Virus record (IMG/VR): IMGVR_UViG_3300025653_000181
Location: 1-29,831 of that record
Strand: one strand, 5' to 3'
DNA length: 29,831 nt
From: a virus
Lineage: Duplodnaviria > Caudoviricetes
Positions 1 through 8,199 of this stretch are shown in pieces; position 1 is the first letter of the stretch, and every line of letters begins with the position of its first letter. A program made the translations under genes and the position numbers. Below the pieces are notes generated by a model that ran no database searches, was not told where the DNA came from, and saw only the letters and a program-made list of their open reading frames with translations.

Positions 1-496
1 CCAACTGTATGGCAGTAATTACTGTGGCACTGGTTGGTGCAGAAGTGAAAAGTAATGTTTCACCCGATGTTGTGTAATCAGTTCCATAGATTTGGAAAGT
101 CGAATTCACAAACACAATCATGTTTGTACCATTTCCAACCGATGGAGGACGTGTCATTGTGAAATTTGTGGTGGAACCGTCACCAGTAAATGAATCACTA
201 TGTGGAGAAGAAAGTGCCTGAGTTGGAACCAGCAGCTGTCTGCCCATGTATGTTATAAAAACACGACCATTGGCATCAACTGGTTCTGAGAAATTGATGG
301 TTCCTTGTCCAGCAGTTGTGTATGCTGAATAAGAATATTCAGGCTCCTGAATAATACCATCAAGAGACACCAGAATCTGAGTTGAAGAGGAAACTTGATA
401 GTCTAGATCAAATGTTGTAGTGGATCCATCTCCAATAATAACTTGTCTTTGAAATATTCCGTATGCAGGAGATGCACCTAAATAACTACTTTCCAT
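1..496 (-). CDS. Virion structural protein with tandem 'GDGSTT' beta-rich domains (runs off the left edge, partial)
   Basis: Not in the ORF track. Hand translation from ATG at 496: MESSYLGASPAYGIFQRQVIIGDGSTTTFDLDYQV...LVSLDGIIQEP...SFTGDGSTTNFTMTRPP...VFVNSTFQIYGTDYTTSGETLLFTSAP, open to base 1. Two copies of the GDGSTT..F.L / V.V.G..Q / L.F..AP module common in aquatic T4-like virion proteins; ATAAATA upstream at 547-553. Confidence 0.8.
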   Translation of the reverse strand, partial: MESSYLGASPAYGIFQRQVIIGDGSTTTFDLDYQVSSSTQILVSLDGIIQEPEYSYSAYTTAGQGTINFSEPVDANGRVFITYMGRQLLVPTQALSSPHSDSFTGDGSTTNFTMTRPPSVGNGTNMIVFVNSTFQIYGTDYTTSGETLLFTSAPTSATVITAIQL

Positions 497-546
497 TTAC
501 AGTTGTTCCATAATAGATTGTGTTTCTTTTTATAATTCTTGCAAAA

Positions 547-553
547 TATTTAT
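547..553 (-). promoter_or_regulatory. T4-type late promoter core ATAAATA
   Basis: Intergenic, upstream of the CDS starting at 496; same context as 2579-2585. Confidence 0.6.
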
Positions 554-557
554 CATG

Positions 558-1520
558 TCATCCATAAGATGCAGCAGCAGGACCCCTTCTTGCTGTTCCT
601 GCGGTACCTTCAGAACCTATAATGCTTCCAGTGTTATCAAATCTTGTTATGTTGTCAAAGACTGTAGATGCTGGTCCTTCTCCAAATCCAAAGATTGCCT
701 TATCACCACCATAGGTTGCAGCAGCAAGGTATCTTCTTGCCGTTCCTGCATTTCCTTCAGAACCTATAATGCTTCCAGTGTTATCAAATCTTGTTATGGT
801 GTTTAAATCAGAACCATTATCTCCAAATCCAAAGATAGCCTTGTCTCTACCATAGGATGCAGCAGCAAGAGCATATCTTCCCGTTCCTGCTGTTGTTTCT
901 GGACTTACAAAAGTTCCAGTGTTATCAAACCTTGTTATGGTGTTTACATATGATGAACCATTACGTCCGAATCCAAAAATTGCCTTGTCTCCACCATAAC
1001 TTGCTGCTGCTAGCCCATACCTTGTTGTTCCAGCAGTGTCTTCATTACCTATTTGAGATCCAGTGTTGTCAAATTTGGTTATGGTGTTGTAGGAGGTGTT
1101 GTTGAAATCACCAAATCCAAAGATTGCCTTATCGACACCATAGGTTGCAGCAGCAAGAGCATATCTTGCGGTTCCTGCATTTCCTTCTGAACCTGTAATG
1201 CTTCCAGTGTTATCAAATCTTGTTATGGTGTTTACATATGTAGTTGTATATCCAAATCCAAAGATTGCCTTATCGACACCATAGGATGCAGCAGCAAGAT
1301 ACCATCTTTCGGTTCCTGCTGTTGTTTCTGGACTTATAAAATTTCCAGTGTTATCAAATCTTGTTATGGTGTTTACATATGTAGTTGTAAATCCAAATCC
1401 AAAGATTGCATTTGTACCACTGAATGCTAACCCTGTCCAGTTCTGGCCTTGAATATATTTTGATGTATTTCTTAATTTCCAAATTCCATCTGATGATGTA
1501 ATATTAGGGAAGAATGCCAT
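558..1520 (-). CDS. Six-bladed Kelch-like beta-propeller repeat protein (paralog A), probable virion/receptor-binding protein
   Basis: Six ~47-aa repeats AIFGFG-loop-NTITRFDNTG-x8-AGTARxxLAAAsYG after a short N-terminal FP..S.GIW.L....GQNW leader; located in the tail-fibre region. Confidence 0.8.
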   Translation of the reverse strand: MAFFPNITSSDGIWKLRNTSKYIQGQNWTGLAFSGTNAIFGFGFTTTYVNTITRFDNTGNFISPETTAGTERWYLAAASYGVDKAIFGFGYTTTYVNTITRFDNTGSITGSEGNAGTARYALAAATYGVDKAIFGFGDFNNTSYNTITKFDNTGSQIGNEDTAGTTRYGLAAASYGGDKAIFGFGRNGSSYVNTITRFDNTGTFVSPETTAGTGRYALAAASYGRDKAIFGFGDNGSDLNTITRFDNTGSIIGSEGNAGTARRYLAAATYGGDKAIFGFGEGPASTVFDNITRFDNTGSIIGSEGTAGTARRGPAAASYG

Positions 1521-1536
1521 TTTTATTTTCCTCTAA

Positions 1537-1923
1537 TTATACTATCAATTTCGGAAACTTTTCTTTCACTGCTAAACAAGCATCAATATATTCTTGAACT
1601 TGATCATTATCACCTTTAACAATACCATCCATGTACAAATCAACTGATGGATAATTATCTTTTCTCATTTTATTCCAAACATAATTAACTAATTCTTTTG
1701 TCAATTTTTGTCCAGTATCACAAGGATATGCTACATTATAAACATATGGTATGTTTTCAATATCAAGTAATACTAATTCTGGATATTCTGTTTTTGAAAA
1801 TACAACATATGAAGAAGCATCTTTATTTTGTCCAATAATGTAAACATCAGAAACACCTGTTGGATTTTCAATATCACCAAAAAGTGTAGCCATATCTTCT
1901 GAAGAAAGTGTATAAAGTTTCAC
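1537..1923 (-). CDS. Hypothetical phage protein, possible fibre-associated/chaperone protein
   Basis: 128 aa; C-terminus R...YP....MD....D....I..C.AVKEKFPK resembles small proteins that accompany fibre genes in aquatic phages; start overlaps the stop of the upstream gene. Confidence 0.6.
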   Translation of the reverse strand: MKLYTLSSEDMATLFGDIENPTGVSDVYIIGQNKDASSYVVFSKTEYPELVLLDIENIPYVYNVAYPCDTGQKLTKELVNYVWNKMRKDNYPSVDLYMDGIVKGDNDQVQEYIDACLAVKEKFPKLIV

Positions 1924-2546
1924 TCTAAAAACTCCTTATCGTTTGTAAGTAATGGAAGACCTTCTTTAAGTTCTATTTTGTTGGAAGGATCTGTGTTTGG
2001 TTGAAGAACTTTTAGGTCTTCTGGTATAATACCCACTGATTTAAGCGCATTCCATGTATATGGATTATTCATTGCATTTCTAATCTTGGAAGCACTGGGT
2101 CTTCCGTTTGCAATTATTTCACTCTGAATATCTTTAGCAATCATTGCTGTATATTCATTTGCAGAATTTAATTCAATCATTTCATCATCTGTATAACCTG
2201 GAAGTCTTGTAGGTTCTACAATATCATATAATTCTTTAAGAAGTTTTTCAAGAACTTCTACTTCTTTTTTACATAATTCAATTGCTTCTTTTTCAGTTTC
2301 TTGGTTTGATTCTATTTCATATATATCAAGTTCTAGCTGTAATATTTTATGCTTGGGTTCATTATTTTCTATCGCATATTGATGTTCTGCTTTTTTTATT
2401 TCATATTTTAATTGAGACATTCTTTCGGTAGCAAGTGCTCGCTTTCTATCAGAAAGAAATCCTTTGATTGTTTTAAGTCTCTCCCAAGGTGTATCACCTA
2501 GTACAACATAACGATAATTAAATTCAGTGTTTAATCTTGTAGCCAT
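1920..2546 (-). CDS. Hypothetical coiled-coil phage protein
   Basis: 208 aa, E/K-rich heptad-like central region; AAGGA RBS and ATAAATA at 2579-2585 upstream. Confidence 0.7.
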   Translation of the reverse strand: MATRLNTEFNYRYVVLGDTPWERLKTIKGFLSDRKRALATERMSQLKYEIKKAEHQYAIENNEPKHKILQLELDIYEIESNQETEKEAIELCKKEVEVLEKLLKELYDIVEPTRLPGYTDDEMIELNSANEYTAMIAKDIQSEIIANGRPSASKIRNAMNNPYTWNALKSVGIIPEDLKVLQPNTDPSNKIELKEGLPLLTNDKEFLE

Positions 2547-2578
2547 AATTCCTTCAAATTATAAATTGTTTATAATAT

Positions 2579-2585
2579 TATTTAT
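2579..2585 (-). promoter_or_regulatory. T4-type late promoter core ATAAATA
   Basis: Intergenic, upstream of 1920..2546. Confidence 0.6.
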
Positions 2586-2589
2586 CATG

Positions 2590-3531
2590 TCATCCACAGG
2601 ATGCAGCAGCAAGAGCATTTCTTGCTGTTCCTGCGGTTTCTTCTGAACCCACATAGGTTCCAATGTTGTTGAACCTTGTTATGGTGTTTACATTAGAACC
2701 AACATCTCCAAATCCAAAGATAGCCTTGTCTCCACCATAGGATGCAGCAGCAAGAGCATTTCTTGCTGTTCCTGCTGTTGTTTCTGGACTCACAAAAGTT
2801 CCAGTGTTATCAAATTTTGTTATGGTGTTTAAAACTGAACCAGTAATTCCATATCCAAAGATTGCCTTATCGCCACCATAAGATGCAGCAGCAAGACTCC
2901 TTCTTGCTGTTCCTGCATTTTCTTGTGAACCTACATAGGTTCCAGTGTTATCAAACCTTGTTATGATGTCTAGGTTTTCAGTTTTATATCCAAATCCAAA
3001 GATTGCCTTATCACCACCATAGGATGCAGCAGCAAGTGCATATCTTGCTGTTCCTGCTGTTGTTTCTGGACTCACAAAAGTTCCAGTGTTATCAAATTTT
3101 GTTATGGTGTCAAACCATGAAGTTGTATATCCAAATCCAAAGATTGCCTTGTCTCCACCATAGGTTGCAGCAGCAAGATACGGTCTTGCTGTTCCTGCTG
3201 TTGTTTCTGGACTCACAAAAGTTCCAGTGTTATCAAATTTTGTTATGGTGTTTAGATTTGTTGTGCCACTTACTCCAAATCCAAAGATTGCCTTGTCTCC
3301 ACCATAAGATGCAGCAGCAAGAGCATTTCTTGCTGTTCCTGCATTATACTCTGAACCCACATAGGTTCCAGTGTTATCAAATCTTGTTATGATGTTTAAA
3401 GCTGAACTTGTATATCCAAATCCAAAGATTGCATTTATTGTGACTGGCCAGTTCTGGCCTTGATTTGCTCTTTCTACTTCCTGCATATTCCAGATAAAGG
3501 AAGCGTTTGTTATATTGGGAAATTGTGCCAT
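2590..3531 (-). CDS. Six-bladed Kelch-like beta-propeller repeat protein (paralog B)
   Basis: Six repeats of the same 47-48 aa unit; same FP...IW...GQNW leader. Confidence 0.8.
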   Translation of the reverse strand: MAQFPNITNASFIWNMQEVERANQGQNWPVTINAIFGFGYTSSALNIITRFDNTGTYVGSEYNAGTARNALAAASYGGDKAIFGFGVSGTTNLNTITKFDNTGTFVSPETTAGTARPYLAAATYGGDKAIFGFGYTTSWFDTITKFDNTGTFVSPETTAGTARYALAAASYGGDKAIFGFGYKTENLDIITRFDNTGTYVGSQENAGTARRSLAAASYGGDKAIFGYGITGSVLNTITKFDNTGTFVSPETTAGTARNALAAASYGGDKAIFGFGDVGSNVNTITRFNNIGTYVGSEETAGTARNALAAASCG

Positions 3532-3545
3532 ATTAGTTGTTTCCT

Positions 3546-4502
3546 TTATCCATAAGATGCAGCAGCAAGTTCCCTTCTTTCTGTTCCTGCATTTTCTTGT
3601 GAACCCACATAGGTTCCAGTGTTATCAAATCTTGTTATGGTGTTTACATTTTCAGTTGTATATCCAAATCCAAAGATTGCCTTGTCACCACCATAGGTTG
3701 CAGCAGCAAGATTCCTTCTTGCGGTTCCTGCTGATTCTTCTGAACCTACATAGGTTCCAGTGTTATCAAATCTTGTTATGGTGTTTACATTTGATGAACC
3801 ATTATATCCAAATCCAAAGATTGCCTTGTCTCCACCATAGGATGCAGCAGCAAGATACCTTCTTGCTGTTCCTGCACTTTCTTCTGAACCTACATAGGTT
3901 CCAGTGTTATCAAATCTTGTTATGGTGTCTACAATTGATGAACCATTATATCCAAATCCAAAGATTGCCTTGTCTCCACCATAGGATGCAGCAGCATGTC
4001 CAGTTCTTGCTGTTCCTGCTGATTCTTCTGAACCTACATAGGTTCCAGTGCTATCAAATCTTGTTATGGTGTTTACAGCTGCAGTTGTATATCCAAATCC
4101 AAAGATTGCCTTGTCTCCACCATAGGATGCAGCAGCAAGTCCGTTTCTTGCTGTTCCTGCACTTTCTTCTGAACCCACATAGGTTCCAGTGTTGTCAAAC
4201 CTTGTTATGGTGTCTACAGTTGAACCATTATATCCAAATCCAAAGATTGCCTTGTCTCCACCATAGGATGCAGCAGCAAGTCCGTTTCTTGCTGTTCCTG
4301 CATTTTCTTCTGAACCTACATAGGTTCCAGTGTTATCAAATCTTGTTATGGTGTCTAGAACTGAACCAATTTCTCCATATCCAAAGATTGCATTTGTACC
4401 ACTGAATACTGTTCCAATCCAGTTCTGACCCATAATTTCATTGCGTATCTCCATCAAACTCCATCTTCCTGTGGAGTTTGATGTTGAAGGGAAATATGAC
4501 AT
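3546..4502 (-). CDS. Six-bladed Kelch-like beta-propeller repeat protein (paralog C)
   Basis: Six repeats of the same unit, all with the TYVGS(E/Q)E linker. Confidence 0.8.
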   Translation of the reverse strand: MSYFPSTSNSTGRWSLMEIRNEIMGQNWIGTVFSGTNAIFGYGEIGSVLDTITRFDNTGTYVGSEENAGTARNGLAAASYGGDKAIFGFGYNGSTVDTITRFDNTGTYVGSEESAGTARNGLAAASYGGDKAIFGFGYTTAAVNTITRFDSTGTYVGSEESAGTARTGHAAASYGGDKAIFGFGYNGSSIVDTITRFDNTGTYVGSEESAGTARRYLAAASYGGDKAIFGFGYNGSSNVNTITRFDNTGTYVGSEESAGTARRNLAAATYGGDKAIFGFGYTTENVNTITRFDNTGTYVGSQENAGTERRELAAASYG

Positions 4503-4507
4503 TTTAA

Positions 4508-4900
4508 TTACTCACTAATTTCTTCGTATGAACAAGTAACCTCAATATCTCCGTCTTCTGATGCTGTACAATAAAGTGACCTATCTTCTTCTAAATAAAT
4601 AGAAGTATTTTTGTCAAGAACTACAACTGTAGCATCAGCAGGAACAGTCACAGTAGTACAAATATCACGATTAGTTCCAGAAGAAGCAGTTGCTTCTTCC
4701 CATAGTGTAACGGTAATGGTTGCTGAATTTGAACCATCAATGTTTGCAGCCATAATCGTATTAATTTTTAATACTTTTCCACTGCTTGCTGCATTAGAAA
4801 CTAATTGTGTGCCATTTGTAGCAGTAGCAGTTTTTTGTGCTGCAATCTGTACAGTTTTCCCATAAATGCTTGCGACATTTACAATATTTGGTGCTGCCAT
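4508..4900 (-). CDS. Small beta-rich virion structural protein
   Basis: MAAPNIVNV...KINTIMAANIDG...VPADATVVV...IYLEE...SYEEIS; pattern typical of small beta-sandwich proteins following fibre genes; distantly similar to 5937..6284. Confidence 0.65.
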   Translation of the reverse strand: MAAPNIVNVASIYGKTVQIAAQKTATATNGTQLVSNAASSGKVLKINTIMAANIDGSNSATITVTLWEEATASSGTNRDICTTVTVPADATVVVLDKNTSIYLEEDRSLYCTASEDGDIEVTCSYEEISE

Positions 4901-4923
4901 TTTATTTTATCCTTTTATTTTTA

Positions 4924-5565
4924 TTAACCAAAAACCATTGCCATCGCAATAGATTTACCTGTTGTTGCTAAAGTTGATGTATTAGGAATATCAGAAGTTA
5001 ATGCTATTGTTCCTGTTTCTGCTGGTAATGTCAAAGTCACATTTCCACTAATACTGAGATTAGCGTGATTAGCAGATTTTATTGCTACAAAATGTGAATT
5101 GTTTGATTCACAATACAATCTCACTTCACTTACTTGTGTATTGTCATTTTTAAAATCAACAACTCCTGTTCCATTTGGTTGGAATGTAATATTTCCGTTT
5201 GAAGCAGTAACAATAGAATTTCCATTTACATCAAGATTGCCACCAAGCACAGGACTTGTATCTGCTTGCACATTGGCAATACCTGTATCAGTGTCATTCA
5301 CAAATGAAAGATTTCCACTTCCATCTGTTCTTATAACTTGATTTGGTGTACCATCAGCAGTAGGAAGTGTAAATGTAACATTGGATGAAACTGCACCTGA
5401 TTGAAGAGTTGTAGAAAATGTATTTGCAGCATTGTTCAAAGCCAATGCACCTGCAACTGTACTTCCATCACCTTTCATAGTAACAGTATCACCTGCTGCC
5501 AATTCTCCTAGACTGGTAACAACATTACCATTTTTGATTGCTTTTACTAATTCTACATTTGCCAT
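4924..5565 (-). CDS. Tail-fibre-like protein
   Basis: Fibre motifs TFTLPTADGTPNQVIRTDGSGNLSF, DTSPVLGGNLDVNGNSI, GNITFQPNGTG; hydrophobic C-terminus KSIAMAMVFG. Confidence 0.7.
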   Translation of the reverse strand: MANVELVKAIKNGNVVTSLGELAAGDTVTMKGDGSTVAGALALNNAANTFSTTLQSGAVSSNVTFTLPTADGTPNQVIRTDGSGNLSFVNDTDTGIANVQADTSPVLGGNLDVNGNSIVTASNGNITFQPNGTGVVDFKNDNTQVSEVRLYCESNNSHFVAIKSANHANLSISGNVTLTLPAETGTIALTSDIPNTSTLATTGKSIAMAMVFG

Positions 5566-5566
5566 T

Positions 5567-5935
5567 TTAGTTTACCTTATATTCTATTTCTGTTACTCCA
5601 TCAGCAAGCAAGAAAGGAACTACACCTGCTTTCAAACATATGGGTGAAAAATTGCCATTGGACAAATAGAATGGCAATGCTGATAGATAAATTGTTTGAA
5701 CTGTTGAATTTGCTAAAGTGAATGCGCCTTCAAATCCACCGCCAATACTACCCCATTCAGAACCATCATATCCTTCAAAGGAACTTTCATCTGTATTGAA
5801 CCGAAACATTCCTGCTTCTGCAACTGGAATAGTAGACCTTTGTGCAGTTGTTCCGTTTGGTATTTTGACGTATTGACCTTCAAATTCTAGATTATATGCT
5901 TGGTCAGTAACGTACGGATAACCTATGTATGACAT
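5567..5935 (-). CDS. Short fibre-associated virion protein
   Basis: Motif IPNGTTAQR...GMFRFNTDESSFEGYDGSEW, a recurrent module in phage fibre proteins. Confidence 0.65.
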   Translation of the reverse strand: MSYIGYPYVTDQAYNLEFEGQYVKIPNGTTAQRSTIPVAEAGMFRFNTDESSFEGYDGSEWGSIGGGFEGAFTLANSTVQTIYLSALPFYLSNGNFSPICLKAGVVPFLLADGVTEIEYKVN

Positions 5936-5936
5936 T

Positions 5937-6284
5937 TTAGTTTACACCTTCTAGAATTGATGCTATCACATCAACAGTTGCTGCTGTTGCATACACTCTA
6001 ACTTGATCGCCACCATTTAAAACTATTTTTTGTCCAGAAACTACTTTCATTGTAGATCCAGCTGGAATTGGAGCATTTTTCACAATATGATATGATGTTG
6101 TTAAATCATTGTCATACATAAGAACAGAAGCAGAAACTGCGCTTGTTCCAGTGTTTGCAACATCCAATTCAATTAAAATAGAATTAACATCGACAGATCC
6201 ATCATTTGATGTATAAATTGTAGTTGGTGATGCGCTATTGGTACTTACGCCACTTACACCAGCATTTTTAAAATTATTTGCCAT
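5937..6284 (-). CDS. Small beta-rich virion structural protein
   Basis: MANNFKNAG...TIYT...IELDVAN...HIVKNAPIPAGST...GQKIVL..GD...DVIASILE; preceded by TATAAATA (6309-6316) and AAGGA RBS. Confidence 0.7.
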   Translation of the reverse strand: MANNFKNAGVSGVSTNSASPTTIYTSNDGSVDVNSILIELDVANTGTSAVSASVLMYDNDLTTSYHIVKNAPIPAGSTMKVVSGQKIVLNGGDQVRVYATAATVDVIASILEGVN

Positions 6285-6308
6285 TCTACTATCTTTCCTT
6301 TATAGTTC

Positions 6309-6316
6309 TATTTATA
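6309..6316 (-). promoter_or_regulatory. T4 late promoter TATAAATA (gp55 sigma)
   Basis: Exact consensus in the intergenic gap upstream of 5937..6284. Confidence 0.75.
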
Positions 6317-6323
6317 TAAGACT

Positions 6324-7973
6324 CTAACTTAAAGCTACAGAAATTGCAATAGAAAAACTTTCTGTAGCAACAGGTTCTTGTGTCTGAATAAAAATATTTC
6401 CAGAAGCAACAACATCACCACCAACATATAAATTTTCTGCAATTCCTGCACCACCAGAAACAACCAAAGCGCCTGAAGTTGTATTTGTTGCTCCTGTTGT
6501 TCCTTGTAAAAATGAATTCCTTGTTACATATAAATCTTGTCCAGCTGTTATATCTAAAGTTGAAGAAATGTTTCCTGCAGAAAACGCATCACCAGTTAAA
6601 GAATCAATTGTAAATTTGTTTGTAGCAATTGCAAAATTACCATCAATTCCAGTATCACCTGTAACATCTAATGTGCCAGCAATTGCTGTATTACCTGTTG
6701 AAACATTAACAGTAAAAGTTTCTGCTGCAGCAGCACCAATTAATAAATCAGTGCCATCAAAACGAAAGTTTGCATCATCTTCTAATTCACTATTAGTTCC
6801 AGCAATAACAATTCTATTATCAGACAAATCGCTTACAATGGCAGTGCTTAAAACTACTTCTCCAACACCATCTGGTGTCAAATTAATATTGCCATCAGTA
6901 TCAGTTGATATGATTGTATTACCATTAATGTTAATATTGCCTACATCTAAAATTCCAGATATTGTAACATCATCATCTATTTCAATCGTTCCACCAACAC
7001 TATTAAGTTTTAAATTTCCAGATGTTGTGTCAATTGTGTTGTCATCAGTAATTGCAATTTGAATATTATCAGTAGTAAGACCTGTAAAATAACCATTTCC
7101 AAAAACAACATCTCCAGAAGTTCCAGAAAATACTTCACCAGTATTAGAAGCATTTGGAATAAACGTGAATTTTCCAGAACTATCATCAAATCCAAAAAAT
7201 CCTATTTTTGCAGTAGTAGTAAGTCCATCATACCATTGAAATTCAATACCACGATCTTTATTATCAGCTGAAGTAGGTGCGGTTTCTCCACCTAATGTAA
7301 ATACAGGATCTTCTACTGTTGTTACTGTGCTTCTAACTGTGGTAGTTACCCCATTAACAGTTAAATCACCATCAACAGTTAAATCTCCTCCGACTGATGT
7401 ATTACCAGAAGCAACTGTAACTCTAAATGTCTCATTTCCTGCTGGACCTATGTCAAAATTGGTAGCGTCAAATCTAAAGTTTTCATCATCTTCTAGTTCG
7501 CCAGAAGCTCCAGAAATAACAATTCTATTATCTGTTAAATCTTCTACATTAGCACTAGCTAGAGTTGCTTGTGTTGTTACGAAAAGATTTCTCCATCCTT
7601 TTAATGAAGAACCTATATCAAATGTATTTGTAGAATCAGGAATTATGGAACTGATTAGTTCAGCCCCAAGATTTATCGTATCGGTATCTTGATCACCAAT
7701 GGTAATATTACCTTCTAGAGTTAAATTACCTGTAACATGAACATCTGATTGGAAAGTAATATCGCCTGTAAATTGATGAGTACCATCAATTATTTTATTA
7801 ACATCATCAATTAATTCTAAAACTGTATCTTCTGTTGTTACATGAACATTAGATCCAGAAGGGATACTTCCAGTAATTCCGCTATTAAAATCTCCTAAAT
7901 CATCAGATAAATTATTAAATTCTACACGCCATTGCTCAAAAGTAAAATTTGGTGTTGCGTTACGATTAGCCAT
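6324..7973 (-). CDS. Tail fibre / baseplate-attached fibre protein
   Basis: N-terminal TFEQWRVEFN motif, G/T/D-rich beta repeats (GDLTVDGDLTVNG), DNKDRGIEF motif, internal duplication L(T/S)DNRIVI.G...ELEDD.NFRFD, C-terminus FSIAISVALS. Confidence 0.7.
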   Translation of the reverse strand: MANRNATPNFTFEQWRVEFNNLSDDLGDFNSGITGSIPSGSNVHVTTEDTVLELIDDVNKIIDGTHQFTGDITFQSDVHVTGNLTLEGNITIGDQDTDTINLGAELISSIIPDSTNTFDIGSSLKGWRNLFVTTQATLASANVEDLTDNRIVISGASGELEDDENFRFDATNFDIGPAGNETFRVTVASGNTSVGGDLTVDGDLTVNGVTTTVRSTVTTVEDPVFTLGGETAPTSADNKDRGIEFQWYDGLTTTAKIGFFGFDDSSGKFTFIPNASNTGEVFSGTSGDVVFGNGYFTGLTTDNIQIAITDDNTIDTTSGNLKLNSVGGTIEIDDDVTISGILDVGNININGNTIISTDTDGNINLTPDGVGEVVLSTAIVSDLSDNRIVIAGTNSELEDDANFRFDGTDLLIGAAAAETFTVNVSTGNTAIAGTLDVTGDTGIDGNFAIATNKFTIDSLTGDAFSAGNISSTLDITAGQDLYVTRNSFLQGTTGATNTTSGALVVSGGAGIAENLYVGGDVVASGNIFIQTQEPVATESFSIAISVALS

Positions 7974-8199
7974 TATTTTTATCCAATAATTTTAAAAGCA
8001 TAGATTTAATTTCGCACATTTCATTTTTTATATTATTTATTTCTACTATAGCATTTTTCATATCATCATTATCCCTTTTTCTTTGTTTTGCTCTAGATAT
8101 ATAATCATGATATCCAGTAGAATCTGTATTTAATATTGCTCTTGAATTTGAATCTCTTATTAAAGAAGAAGATCCTTCTACTTTTAAATAATTACTCAT
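7966..8199 (-). CDS. Conserved small T4-like hypothetical protein (C-terminal coiled coil)
   Basis: YLKVEG...LIRD..S.AILNTD...Y..Y...EINNIKNEM.EIKSML pattern; overlaps both neighbours. Confidence 0.75.
   Translation of the reverse strand: MSNYLKVEGSSSLIRDSNSRAILNTDSTGYHDYISRAKQRKRDNDDMKNAIVEINNIKNEMCEIKSMLLKLLDKNNG

Larger units (their letters stand above)
558..4400 (-). repeat. 18 dispersed/tandem coding repeats of ~141-144 bp in three blocks
   Basis: Plus-strand segments such as CCAGTGTTATCAAATCTTGTTATGGTGT, CCAAATCCAAAGATTGCCTT and CCATAGGATGCAGCAGCAAG recur almost unchanged in each unit. Confidence 0.95.

Noticed and set aside
555-4405. Plus-strand repetitive ORFs (555..806, 857..1105, 3003..3392, 3515..4405)
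   Set aside because: Antisense shadows of the propeller repeats: a stop-free frame in one unit is copied in all units; implausible composition, and all real genes are on the minus strand.
558-4502. Diversity-generating retroelement targeting the propellers
   Set aside because: No reverse transcriptase or non-coding template repeat in the window, and variation includes indels and whole-segment swaps rather than obviously adenine-restricted substitutions. A remote DGR cannot be fully excluded.
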